Positions 31,496 through 40,718 of a DNA stretch of 64,000 nucleotides are shown in pieces. The DNA is taken from positions 107,227-171,226 of the forward strand of contig DAIMDD010000006.1 of assembly GCA_036725985.1 (NCBI GenBank). The letters are read 5' to 3'. A program made the translations under genes and the position numbers. The DNA comes from Burkholderiaceae bacterium. GTDB lineage: Bacteria > Pseudomonadota > Gammaproteobacteria > Burkholderiales > Burkholderiaceae_B. The notes below the pieces were generated by a model. That model saw only the letters and a list, made by a program, of their open reading frames with translations. It had not been told where the DNA came from and ran no database searches. Numbering within the stretch: position 1 is the stretch's first letter; every line of letters begins with the position of its first letter.

Positions 31496-32491
31496 ATGAA
31501 ACGAAGACACACCATGATGAAGGCGCTGCTAGCTTGTGCGGCCATAATGAGTGCTGTATTACCTGTGCACCACGCATTGGCGCAGGATTTTCCTGCGCGC
31601 CCCTTGACACTGGTCGTGCCGTACCCTGCTGCAGGTGCTGCGGATATTTTTGGACGCTCGATTGCTCAGGCCCTGGAAGAACCACTGAAGCAGACCGTTG
31701 TTGTTGAAAATAAGCCTGGTGCTGGCGGCAATGTCGGAATGACCTATGTCGCACGCAGCAAGCCAGACGGCTACACCATTGGACTGGGTACGATCGGCAC
31801 CCAAAGCATTAATCAGTTCATTTATCCTGAAATGCAGTTTGATCCGGAGCGTGATCTGATTCCGATTGCGCTGGTTTCAACGACCCCCAACGTCCTGGTT
31901 GTCTCCGCGACTTCTCCATGGAAAAACCTTGGCGATGTGATCAAAGCAGCTAAAGACGCCAAGGATAAAAAACTCACCTATGGCACCCCCGGGATTGGTT
32001 CTTCGCCCCATTTGACGGGTGCGTATTTTGAGGCGATGGCAGGGGTGGAGTTATTGCACGTACCATTCAAAGGTATTTCAGCCTCGATGCCAGCTTTGAT
32101 TGGCGGTCAGATTGATTTGTTATTTGATAATCTCTCGGGTTCGATCAATCAGATCAAAGATGGATCACGTGTTCGCGGGATCGCAGTCACTTCGGCGCAA
32201 CGCAGTCCGCTTGCGCCTGATTTACCAACTTTTGCAGAGTCCGGTGTCCCAGGTTTTGATGTCACAGCCTGGTTTGCTATATATGTCGCGAAGGGTACTC
32301 CGCAACCGATTGTGGATAAATTGATAGCGGCAGCCCGTGCAGGTTTGAGTACTGAAAAAGTGGCACAAGCCTATATCAAGCTTGCCGCGGTACCTGGAAA
32401 TTTGTTTGGGCCCGAGCTGGCCGCCTTTGAAAAATCCGAGCGCCAGAAATGGGGCAAACTTGTTCGTGACCGGGGGATTAAAGCAGAATGA
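31496..32491 (+). CDS. Bug-family (TctC-like) substrate-binding protein
   Basis: Signal peptide ending HALAQ, with the ENKPGAGGNVG and GYTIGL motifs. Confidence 0.85.
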   Translation: MKRRHTMMKALLACAAIMSAVLPVHHALAQDFPARPLTLVVPYPAAGAADIFGRSIAQALEEPLKQTVVVENKPGAGGNVGMTYVARSKPDGYTIGLGTIGTQSINQFIYPEMQFDPERDLIPIALVSTTPNVLVVSATSPWKNLGDVIKAAKDAKDKKLTYGTPGIGSSPHLTGAYFEAMAGVELLHVPFKGISASMPALIGGQIDLLFDNLSGSINQIKDGSRVRGIAVTSAQRSPLAPDLPTFAESGVPGFDVTAWFAIYVAKGTPQPIVDKLIAAARAGLSTEKVAQAYIKLAAVPGNLFGPELAAFEKSERQKWGKLVRDRGIKAE

Positions 32492-33210
32492 AAGGCGCAA
32501 CTGCATTAGTGACAGGTGGTAGTCGTGGCATCGGCCGAGCTGTCGTGGAACGCTTGCTGGCAGACGGCTATGAGGTGATTAATTTCAGCCGCACACCACC
32601 CAAAGAAATCCTCCCCGGGGAGATTTTTGAGTCTGTTGATCTTGGCAATGCCAAGCGCACACGCGAAGCCGCGATGGACTGGGCCGCCAGGAAAGATATT
32701 CTCAATCTGGTTAACAACGCTGGCATGATTCATGTCGGCAAAATCGAGGACATCACACTTGAGCAGATCGACGATATGGTGTCGCTCAATATGATTGCAC
32801 CATTATTGCTTGTGCAAGCTGTGCTGCCAGCGATGCGCGCCAATAAATTCGGTCGAATCGTCAATATTGGCAGTCGTGCTGCGCTAGGGAAATCAGGCCG
32901 TACTGTTTATGGCGGGACCAAATCAGGCCTGGTTGGCATGACACGCACCTGGGCGCTCGAGACAGCGACGCAGGGGATTACCGTCAATGCGATTGCTCCC
33001 GGACCGATTGAGACAGAGTTATTTATAGCGGCGAATCATCCGGATGCGCCGCAGACTATAAAAATTCGTGAGTCGATTCCTGTTGGGCGTTTTGGAACAC
33101 CTGAAGAAGTTGCGCACGCTGTTTGTGTATTCATGGATAAGCGGGCTGGCTTTATGACTGGTCAATTGCTCTATGTCTGTGGTGGGATGTCGGTTGGTCT
33201 GGCTGGTTAA
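32488..33210 (+). CDS. Short-chain dehydrogenase/reductase (SDR)
   Basis: TGGSRGIG, NNAG and YGGTKSG (YxxxK). Its start overlaps the Bug stop (ATGA). Confidence 0.9.
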   Translation: MKGATALVTGGSRGIGRAVVERLLADGYEVINFSRTPPKEILPGEIFESVDLGNAKRTREAAMDWAARKDILNLVNNAGMIHVGKIEDITLEQIDDMVSLNMIAPLLLVQAVLPAMRANKFGRIVNIGSRAALGKSGRTVYGGTKSGLVGMTRTWALETATQGITVNAIAPGPIETELFIAANHPDAPQTIKIRESIPVGRFGTPEEVAHAVCVFMDKRAGFMTGQLLYVCGGMSVGLAG

Positions 33211-33229
33211 GACAAGGAAAGGTTTCGCA

Positions 33230-34267
33230 ATGTTGACTCAGTGTGTTGTGTCCAGACGTCTGTTCGCAGAGAGCGTGCGTGGGCTGTTGGTTGTATTGGT
33301 ACTCGGCCTCTGGCAAGTTTCGCACGCTCAGTCCAGCGCTCCCTCGTCTGCTGTGCAGGCGCAGAGTGTTGCGGATTATCCTAGCAAGCCGCTCACGATG
33401 GTTGTGCCTTTCGGGGCTGGCACGCTGACTGATATTCTGGCCCGTATTATGGCCAGTAAGCTGGCCGAAGGTCTCGGACAATCGGTCATCGCTGAAAACA
33501 AAGCAGGCGCGGATGGAAATATCGGCGCTAATTACCTGCTCGCAGCCAAACCTGATGGTTATACCTTGATGGTCGGCGCGACAAGTATTGGTGCGATCAA
33601 CGTCACACTGCATAAAAACACAAAATACGATCCTCAGCGTGACTTTGTTGGTATTACCAATATTGCTACGGTGACCAATGTGTTGGTGATCGGTCCGCAC
33701 GTTCCAGCCAAAACGGTGCCAGAGTTATTGGCTTTACTGAAAAAACAAAGCATGACTTTTGGCTCGAGCGGAGCAGGCGGCAGCATGCATCTCTCTGGAG
33801 AGATGTTCAAAAAAATGGCGCAAGCCGACATGATTCATGTGCCCTATAAAAGTAGTCCGGCGGTCGTCAACGATGTGATTGGAGGGCGCGTGGACATGAT
33901 GTTCTGTAATCTGCCGATTTGTTTGCCGTTGATCAGAGCAGGCAAGCTCAACGCGCTGGGCGTGACCTCGGCAGGACGTTCGGCTCTCCTGCCAGATGTG
34001 CCGAGTATTTCAGAAGCAGGACTTAAAGGTTACGAGGTCGAGGGTTGGTTTGGTCTTTATGCACCTAAAGCGACGCCTGCCCCAATTGTTCAAAAGTTGA
34101 ATCAGATTGCAGTCAAAGCTCTTCAGGATCCTGAGATCAAAAGTCAGCTACTGTCCCAAGGTGCGGTCACAGTCGGTGATTCGCATGAACATTTTGAGGC
34201 TTTTGCCCTACAGGAGCGAGTGAAATGGGCAAAGATTATTCAAGAGGCCGGAATCGAGCTTGAATAA
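33230..34267 (+). CDS. Bug-family (TctC-like) substrate-binding protein
   Basis: Signal peptide ending SHAQ, with the ENKAGADGNIG and GYTLMV motifs. Confidence 0.85.
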   Translation: MLTQCVVSRRLFAESVRGLLVVLVLGLWQVSHAQSSAPSSAVQAQSVADYPSKPLTMVVPFGAGTLTDILARIMASKLAEGLGQSVIAENKAGADGNIGANYLLAAKPDGYTLMVGATSIGAINVTLHKNTKYDPQRDFVGITNIATVTNVLVIGPHVPAKTVPELLALLKKQSMTFGSSGAGGSMHLSGEMFKKMAQADMIHVPYKSSPAVVNDVIGGRVDMMFCNLPICLPLIRAGKLNALGVTSAGRSALLPDVPSISEAGLKGYEVEGWFGLYAPKATPAPIVQKLNQIAVKALQDPEIKSQLLSQGAVTVGDSHEHFEAFALQERVKWAKIIQEAGIELE

Positions 34268-34286
34268 GAAAAATGAATTGAGCCAT

Positions 34287-35168
34287 ATGGCCTTTGCCAG
34301 TTTGTTGCTGGTGGGCTTGGTAATGGGTGCAAACCATGTGGCTGCCCGTGTAGCTTTTAATCATGGACTGAATGTCGCCGCCGCGGTGACGGTGCGCAGC
34401 GCAGTCACTGCGGTTGTGGTGAGTTTGCTGATTCTGTTCCAGCACGTACCGATCCGGCTGACGGCGCGACACAGAAAAATTTTGCCGGTCATTGGCCTGC
34501 TCATGACGATCCAGAGTGTCAGCATTTATTCCTCTGTTGTTCGGCTGCCCGTGGCACTAGCCTTACTCGCTTTTAATACCTATCCGCTCTGGATTGCGCT
34601 GTGGGCAAGAGTGTTTTTTGGTCAGCGACCTGAACCGCAAGTTTTGCGTGCGATGCCGATACTGTTGATTGGTCTGGCCCTAGCGCTCGATGTGTTTGGT
34701 GCGACTTCCGGACTCGGTGTCAAAGCCCAGTGGGGGGAAATCGGAGTCGGTGTTGGCTTTGCACTGACGGCGGGTGCAACCTTTGGTCTGGCCATGGTGC
34801 TGACACAGCAATATGCCGCCGATCTCGATGGCCGAGTCAGGACTGCGGCGGCAATGTGGATGATCGGTATCCTGTCGATGGTTGGCACACAGTTGACCGG
34901 CGAGTTTCAATGGCCGAATGCTGTCACAGGCTGGTGGGCGCTGGCTGCATTGTCGATTCTGTATGGTACGGGCTTTACCATCATGTTTACCGTATTACCT
35001 CGCTTAGGTGTGGTTGGTAATTCCGCCATTATGAATGTCGAGCCAATTTTCGCCTTAGTGCTGGCCTGGTTGATTTTGGGGCAGTCGATCGCCTGGGTGC
35101 AGGTGCTCGGTGCTTGTATCGTGGTTGGAACGGTGATCAAAATCGGTTTAAGAAAAAAATCCAACTGA
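34287..35168 (+). CDS. DMT-superfamily (EamA-like) transporter
   Basis: About 10 TM segments with a duplicated EamA-like architecture. Start set at MAFASLLL; an in-frame TTG at 34260 is the alternative. Confidence 0.8.
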   Translation: MAFASLLLVGLVMGANHVAARVAFNHGLNVAAAVTVRSAVTAVVVSLLILFQHVPIRLTARHRKILPVIGLLMTIQSVSIYSSVVRLPVALALLAFNTYPLWIALWARVFFGQRPEPQVLRAMPILLIGLALALDVFGATSGLGVKAQWGEIGVGVGFALTAGATFGLAMVLTQQYAADLDGRVRTAAAMWMIGILSMVGTQLTGEFQWPNAVTGWWALAALSILYGTGFTIMFTVLPRLGVVGNSAIMNVEPIFALVLAWLILGQSIAWVQVLGACIVVGTVIKIGLRKKSN

Positions 35169-35178
35169 GCAATCAAAG

Positions 35179-35373
35179 ATGACGATCACACCTGCTTTTG
35201 AACCGGGCGAAAAAGTTCAACATGTCAAGACCGGTGGTTATTATCTGATCGTATGCGAGGCAAAGATCGAAGCCACCCTCGAGGACGCCTATGTCTATCA
35301 GGCGCTTCGGAATATGACATACTGGATCAGGCCCAAAGCTGAAATGCTCGATGGACGTTTCGTCCGCGTATAG
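35179..35373 (+). CDS. DUF1653-like small protein
   Basis: 64 aa. The pattern HVKTGGYYLIV...VYQAL...WIRP resembles DUF1653 as I remember it. Confidence 0.6.
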   Translation: MTITPAFEPGEKVQHVKTGGYYLIVCEAKIEATLEDAYVYQALRNMTYWIRPKAEMLDGRFVRV

Positions 35374-35473
35374 ACAACCAGGCCTGAACCTTAGTGCTTA
35401 AAAGGCAGCACTTCAGCGGCTGGTGCGCAAATAAGCTATGAGGCCTGTGACGTGAGACGCTACAGGCTGCAAG

Positions 35474-36427
35474 TTAATAGGTCTTTTTATTCCGCTCGGG
35501 ACGAACGACCTGTCTGGCTAAGCCTGATTTTTCCAGCAACCAAACTGACACATACGTCAAGTCCAGTTCAAACCAGCGATGTCCATGTTTGGCTGAACGC
35601 GGTTGTGCGTGGTGATTGTTATGCCAGCCCTCGCCCATCGCGATTAGCGCGACAAACCAGTTATTACGACTGCGATCTGTCGTTGCGTAGTTTCGATAGC
35701 CAAATAAATGCGCAAGCGAGTTGACTGACCAGGTAATGTGCCAGACCAGTACGGTTCGCACGAATACACCCCAGATCAGAACGCTCACAGCAAATTGCAA
35801 GGCCTCGATCAAGGGTTCACCGCTGGTCAAGCCGATGCTCAGACCTGAGAGAAAAAATACCAACCACGAACCTAGCACAATCAGCGGATAAAGCGGGCCT
35901 TCGAGTTTTTTATAAAAGGGATCGCGCAGGATATCTTTTGCGTAACGTGAGTAAATTTCCAGGCGACTGACGTCGCAGTTTTCGATCACCATCCAGCCCA
36001 GGTGGCCCCAGAGAAAACTAACCAGTGGGCTATGTGGGTCTTCGGTTTGATCTGAGTGTTCATGATGCCGCCGGTGGATAGCGACCCAGTGTGCTGGAGT
36101 GTCTTGCATGCAGCACACACCAAATATCACGAAAGTGCGTTCAAGCCATTTTGGGCACACGAGGCCCCGATGCGTCAGCAGACGGTGAAAGCACAGGTTG
36201 ATGCCCAGTGTGCCAAAAACATAAAGTCCCGCAAGCATCAGGACCAAGCCGGTCCAACTGAAAAATACTGGCCACAGCGCAAGTAGGGCGACCACGTGAT
36301 AGATGACAAGCGTGATTGCATAAGGCCAGACAATGCGGCGCGTATCGACGCCGTGTGGCAGAGCTAAGGGAGTGAGAACTGCTTTATCGAACATGCGGGC
36401 TGCCACAAAAGGGTGAGCAGCCGACAA
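35474..36427 (-). CDS. Membrane fatty-acid desaturase (delta-9 acyl-CoA/acyl-lipid type)
   Basis: Three histidine boxes (HRLLTH, HRRHHEHSD, HNNHH) and N-terminal TM helices. Confidence 0.9.
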   Translation of the reverse strand: MSAAHPFVAARMFDKAVLTPLALPHGVDTRRIVWPYAITLVIYHVVALLALWPVFFSWTGLVLMLAGLYVFGTLGINLCFHRLLTHRGLVCPKWLERTFVIFGVCCMQDTPAHWVAIHRRHHEHSDQTEDPHSPLVSFLWGHLGWMVIENCDVSRLEIYSRYAKDILRDPFYKKLEGPLYPLIVLGSWLVFFLSGLSIGLTSGEPLIEALQFAVSVLIWGVFVRTVLVWHITWSVNSLAHLFGYRNYATTDRSRNNWFVALIAMGEGWHNNHHAQPRSAKHGHRWFELDLTYVSVWLLEKSGLARQVVRPERNKKTY

Positions 36428-36563
36428 ATGTAGGGTGCTGAGGGTATCAAGCGCAGCACTGACAAACTCCGTCTGGTGCTTGGTACACGTTTGACCTTAA
36501 CACTAATTGATGACAATAGAGCGTATTGTCTTTTTCGTGGGACGTTAATATGGCATCAAACCC

Positions 36564-37580
36564 TTAATCCGGTTTAATGCCGATGGCTTTAGCCAGTAAG
36601 GCCCATTTCTGCATGCTCTGGCGAATCATATCCCCGAATTTTTCAGAGCTTTGCGCACCCGTGGTCGCACTGTTATCTACATACCATTGCTGCAATTCAG
36701 GTGTTTTAAGGATTTGGGCGATTTCTTTTTCAAGCCGTTTAACGATTGCAGGTGGAGTGCCTGTTGCAACAAGAATCCCGTTCCAGGAACTTGCTTCAAA
36801 ATTCGGCACTCCCGACTCAGCGACGGTTGGTATCTCGGGCATGCGAGACAGTCGTTCCGCGGAGGTCACAGCGATTGCGCGTGCTTGCCCTGATTTCAGA
36901 TGTGGCATCGCTGCCGACATTGTGACAAAGGATAAATCGATATGACCACCCAGTAAGTCCGTCATGACAGGGTTGTCACCTTTGTAAGCAATACTGGTCA
37001 TTTGAATACCTGCCTCAAGGCAGAATAGCTCTGTTGACATATGACCACTGCTGCCAAATCCTGGCGTACCAAAGCTTAATTTTTTCGGATGCTTGCGTGC
37101 GTAGTCGATCAGGTCTTTAACGGATTTGATGGGTGAGTCTGCTCTGACCAGAATTGCATAGGCCTGGGATGAAGTTTGAATAACGGGAATCAGATCGCGT
37201 TGCACGTCGTAGGGGATTTTCGACATGGTGCTTGGCGTGATCGCGAGCGCAGCTGAGCCTTGTAAGATGGTGTAGCCATCGGCAGGCGCGCTCGCCACCA
37301 GGGCTGTGCCGATCACGGTTGCAGCACCTGGTCGATTTTCCACCACAACGGTTTGGCCTAGAGACTGAGATAGTTTTGGCGTAATTAATCGCGCCATGAC
37401 GTCTGTTGCGCCTCCAGCCGCATAGGGCACGATAAGTTTGACCGGACGCTCAGGATAGTTATTTGTAGTTGTACTTGTCGTCAGTGAGGTGCTTTGCGCC
37501 GAGCTTTGCGAGCATAAACAGAGCAAACTCAAGCCCAGCACTATCCTGAGTTTTTTTATAAACCGTATGATGGACAGCAT
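36564..37580 (-). CDS. Bug-family (TctC-like) substrate-binding protein
   Basis: Signal peptide ending SSAQ, with the ENRPGAATVIG and GYTILQ motifs. GAGGAG Shine-Dalgarno 8 nt before the ATG at 37580. Confidence 0.85.
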   Translation of the reverse strand: MLSIIRFIKKLRIVLGLSLLCLCSQSSAQSTSLTTSTTTNNYPERPVKLIVPYAAGGATDVMARLITPKLSQSLGQTVVVENRPGAATVIGTALVASAPADGYTILQGSAALAITPSTMSKIPYDVQRDLIPVIQTSSQAYAILVRADSPIKSVKDLIDYARKHPKKLSFGTPGFGSSGHMSTELFCLEAGIQMTSIAYKGDNPVMTDLLGGHIDLSFVTMSAAMPHLKSGQARAIAVTSAERLSRMPEIPTVAESGVPNFEASSWNGILVATGTPPAIVKRLEKEIAQILKTPELQQWYVDNSATTGAQSSEKFGDMIRQSMQKWALLAKAIGIKPD

Positions 37581-37625
37581 CAAAGTCGACTCCTCTGCAG
37601 ACTCAGGCAATACAGGTGCATGGGG

Positions 37626-39377
37626 TTAAGAAACTAAAGCCCAGCGGTTATCGTGTTCGCTCACACGATTTTCTTTTTGGAGTTTATATAAGTGAGCAAG
37701 CAGGGAGCGGGCAGCTAGCGCGTGGCGCTGCACAGGCGTGTCCTGATAGGCCGTTTGAACAAGTGCTTCGACAGTTTGCGGACCCTCACTCTCACGCATA
37801 GCGGTAAGGATTTTCTTTTCTCGTGCCAGGCGATGCAGCACAAGCCTGTCGATTGCATGCTCGGGATGACCGATTAAAAAACCATGCCCTGGTGCTAAAT
37901 AATCAACCGCCTCTTGTTTAATCATCTCCAATGATTGCAGATAGGCATACATATCACCATCAGGCGGATTGATAACGACGGTGGAGCCCTGCATCAAGTG
38001 ATCGCCGGTAAACAGCATTTTTTCAGAAATGTGCAGATAGCAAAGATGATTGGAGGCATGACCGGGCGTATGGATCGCACGCAAGCGGAGACCCGCGATT
38101 TCTAAGGTCTGGTTATGGACAGGTACTACATCCGGGACGTAATCCAGATCTTGATTGGAATAAGCAGGGGCTGGCATTCCAAATACCGTAGCGCCAGTGA
38201 GCGCTTTGAGTTGATTTGCGGCAGGTGAGTGATCACGATGCGTGTGCGTAGTGAGTATCCATTTGATGGGTCCTGGGGCGAGGCGGATCAGGGCCTCGAT
38301 ATGCTCGTCAAGCAAGGGCCCCGGGTCGATCACAGCGACCCCGTCTTGCGCTGAACCAAGCAGATAGCTGTTGGTACCGGGCCCTGTCATGACACCTGGG
38401 TTGGCCGCGGTCAGACGCCATACATCTTTGGCCAGTTGCACCAGGTGTCCCTGATCGATATCCGATTTAGTCGTGCCTTTATTTTCCGGATCGAGTTTTT
38501 GTGCTTCGGCATAGGCATAATCGCTTTGGATCAACATACGAATTGAACCATCACGCGCAGTGGAGATATGTGGCGTGGTGGCCGCAATCTCGGGTTTAGT
38601 GCGCGCATGATTCAATAAATCCTGGACGCGACCAAACTGCACCAGGCTTTCGAGTGTTTTGATCGTGGGGAACATCAGATCGATTTCGCCGCGCTTAAAT
38701 AGCTCAAGCGCCTGGGTTGGGCGGACCCATAAATGCGCAACTGTCTCTGAGTTGTCATGCATGGCGATCTGTTCGGCGGGTGCCGGGGCAATAAAAAATC
38801 TGGTGTCGTAGCGTCTGGGCCGTCCAGGGGTGGTGATCCAGTGACTGTAATAAATTAATTGATCGGTTGCCGCGCGCAATTGTTCGCGCTTCAGAAGCGC
38901 GGCAAAGTCCAGGTTGTTTTCCGCGAGTTCAGCGCGCAAGGTCGCGAGCCTCTGGGCATCGGCTGCGCTGAGTTGCTCAAGCGTCTGGTCGTTGCGATAG
39001 CCCAGCAGCAAGCCTGCTTCTTCAAAGCACTCCCGGATTGCAGCAATCCAGTAAGCGAGTCCGCCTTCAGGTACACCGAGTTCGGCGCTTGCACGTGCAT
39101 CGTCTATGCCAATGCACAGCTCATGCATCTCTTTTGCATGATCTGAGGCATCCAAGCCACCGCCTGGAAAGACATGCATGCCTTTTGCGAAGGTAACCGC
39201 AGTGGTGCGTTTCATCATGAATACTTCGATGCCGTGTTCCGAATCACGGGCCAAAATAATGGTGGCAGCAGGGCGGGGATGTGAAGGATCTTTTTGCACA
39301 AAGGACTCAGAAAAGGGCTTGATGATTTCTGGTTGGGGATACAGCCAGTTCAATCGAGCTTGTAAAAATAAGGCCAT
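37626..39377 (-). CDS. Two-domain protein: N-terminal Nudix hydrolase fused to a C-terminal MBL-fold metallo-hydrolase
   Basis: Nudix REx2EEAG core (AAIRECFEEAGLLL) sits about 45 aa after FPGGGLD, so the Nudix box is split. The MBL motif is THTHRDHSPAA, with later His/Asp ligands. The start is uncertain (39377, 39416 or 39428). Confidence 0.8.
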   Translation of the reverse strand: MALFLQARLNWLYPQPEIIKPFSESFVQKDPSHPRPAATIILARDSEHGIEVFMMKRTTAVTFAKGMHVFPGGGLDASDHAKEMHELCIGIDDARASAELGVPEGGLAYWIAAIRECFEEAGLLLGYRNDQTLEQLSAADAQRLATLRAELAENNLDFAALLKREQLRAATDQLIYYSHWITTPGRPRRYDTRFFIAPAPAEQIAMHDNSETVAHLWVRPTQALELFKRGEIDLMFPTIKTLESLVQFGRVQDLLNHARTKPEIAATTPHISTARDGSIRMLIQSDYAYAEAQKLDPENKGTTKSDIDQGHLVQLAKDVWRLTAANPGVMTGPGTNSYLLGSAQDGVAVIDPGPLLDEHIEALIRLAPGPIKWILTTHTHRDHSPAANQLKALTGATVFGMPAPAYSNQDLDYVPDVVPVHNQTLEIAGLRLRAIHTPGHASNHLCYLHISEKMLFTGDHLMQGSTVVINPPDGDMYAYLQSLEMIKQEAVDYLAPGHGFLIGHPEHAIDRLVLHRLAREKKILTAMRESEGPQTVEALVQTAYQDTPVQRHALAARSLLAHLYKLQKENRVSEHDNRWALVS

Positions 39378-39431
39378 AAACAAGGGATTAGGATAGCATT
39401 GACATTCAATAAACATAACAAGAGACAACAG

Positions 39432-40424
39432 ATGAAAATTTTTTTATTCAGTAAGTTATATCCAGTGCTGCTGGTGATGCTGGTAGCCGGATTTTTTTGC
39501 AATGCAGCAATAGCTCAGCCGCTTGCGTGGCCTACTCGTCCGATCAGAATGGTGATACCGTTTGGTGCAGGCGGTGGCACGGATGTGATTGGCCGGTTGC
39601 TTGCACAAAAACTGACTGAAAGTCTGGGCCAACCCGTGGTGGTAGAAAATCGACCGGGTGCTGGTGGTAGTCTGGGTACCTCAGAAGTCGCACGCGCGGC
39701 TGCCGATGGATACACCATTTTGCTTGGGTCTAGTTCTACGCATGGGATTAACCCAGGCATGTACGCCACGCTACCTTATGATCCTATTAAGGATTTTGAG
39801 CCTGTGGCGTTGATTGCGACCAACTTGTTTGTCATGTCGGTACCCAAAGACTCGCCGGTAAAGACTGTTGCGGATCTGGTCAACCTCTCAAAGGCTGCGC
39901 CAGGAAAATATGACTATGCCTCCTCGGGTAATGGAACAACCAGTCATCTCGCGGCTGCACTGTTTGTTTCGATGTCGGGTGCAAAACTCACACATATTCC
40001 CTACAAAAGCAATGTGCCCGGTTTGACGGATCTGGTCGCAGGCCGTGTTTCGATGATGTTTGACAATATCACGGCGATGCAGACGCAAATCAGTGCCGGC
40101 ACGATTCGACCGATTGCGACAACAGGCCTCAAGCGCAATGCCGTGCTCAAGGATGTCCCAACACTCGATGAGTCGGGCATCAAGGGCTATGACATCCGGG
40201 GATGGTTTTGTCTGTTGGCACCTGCTGGCACGCCGCAGGCGGTCGTGATGAAACTCAATCAGGAATTAGTCAGAATCGTGGCCTTGCCTGAAGTGACAGA
40301 AAAACTGGTGTCGATCGGCGCCGATCCTGAAACAGGTTCGCCCGAAGATTTGAAAAAATTGATCGCCTCGGAAATTATCAAATATAAGAAAATTATCGAA
40401 ATCGCAGGTGCCAGGCTCGAATGA
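39432..40424 (+). CDS. Bug-family (TctC-like) substrate-binding protein
   Basis: Signal peptide ending AIAQ, with the ENRPGAGGSLG and GYTILL motifs. Confidence 0.85.
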   Translation: MKIFLFSKLYPVLLVMLVAGFFCNAAIAQPLAWPTRPIRMVIPFGAGGGTDVIGRLLAQKLTESLGQPVVVENRPGAGGSLGTSEVARAAADGYTILLGSSSTHGINPGMYATLPYDPIKDFEPVALIATNLFVMSVPKDSPVKTVADLVNLSKAAPGKYDYASSGNGTTSHLAAALFVSMSGAKLTHIPYKSNVPGLTDLVAGRVSMMFDNITAMQTQISAGTIRPIATTGLKRNAVLKDVPTLDESGIKGYDIRGWFCLLAPAGTPQAVVMKLNQELVRIVALPEVTEKLVSIGADPETGSPEDLKKLIASEIIKYKKIIEIAGARLE

Positions 40425-40460
40425 GCTTGGCTATCGCAGACGGTGTATCAAAGTTTCAAA

Positions 40461-40496
40461 AGATCTGACTGCACCTGACGCAGTTCGATCTTTTTT
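40461..40496 (+). terminator. Probable rho-independent terminator after the Bug gene
   Basis: AGATCTGACTGC-acctgac-GCAGTTCGATCT followed by tttttt. The stem has one mismatch and one G-U pair. Confidence 0.6.
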
Positions 40497-40634
40497 AATC
40501 ACTGTCTGAAAGGCGTCGGCACTGACGTAGATGGGTATCACTGCACCGCTTAAAAACAGTACGAGCATCAGGAGATCCGAGTGCGAGTCAAGCCCGTTGG
40601 CAAGCATATGAATCCTCTTGGCTGCGACAGAGAT

Positions 40635-40676
40635 AAAAAAGCTGCACACCACGCGCGGGTTGTACAGCTTTTTTTT
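40635..40676 (-). terminator. Probable rho-independent terminator after the 458-aa gene
   Basis: On the minus strand: AAGCTGTACA...TGTGCAGCTT followed by a T-run. A second short hairpin (GCCCTG/CAGGGC) lies at 40684-40702. Confidence 0.6.
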
Positions 40677-40718
40677 AAGTGAAGCCCTGGGGGGTTCAGG
40701 GCCAAACTTGTTTAAAAC

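Noticed and set aside
35452-35724. A 90-aa plus-strand ORF overlapping the 3' end of the desaturase gene.
   Set aside because: It is antisense to a gene with three intact histidine boxes, has no Shine-Dalgarno sequence and has no recognisable motif.
36512-36535. The hairpin GACAATAgagcgTATTGTC followed by TTTTT on the plus strand, between two minus-strand genes. I considered it as the terminator of a possible plus-strand sRNA.
   Set aside because: The stem is short and AT-rich, and I found no convincing plus-strand promoter upstream. It is more likely a weak or bidirectional structure after the Bug gene, or a chance feature.
40608-40652. The full-length 73-aa version of the small minus-strand ORF (40431-40652).
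   Set aside because: Its first codons lie inside the terminator hairpin of the upstream gene and have no Shine-Dalgarno sequence. Only the shorter version starting at 40607 is kept, as a low-confidence finding.
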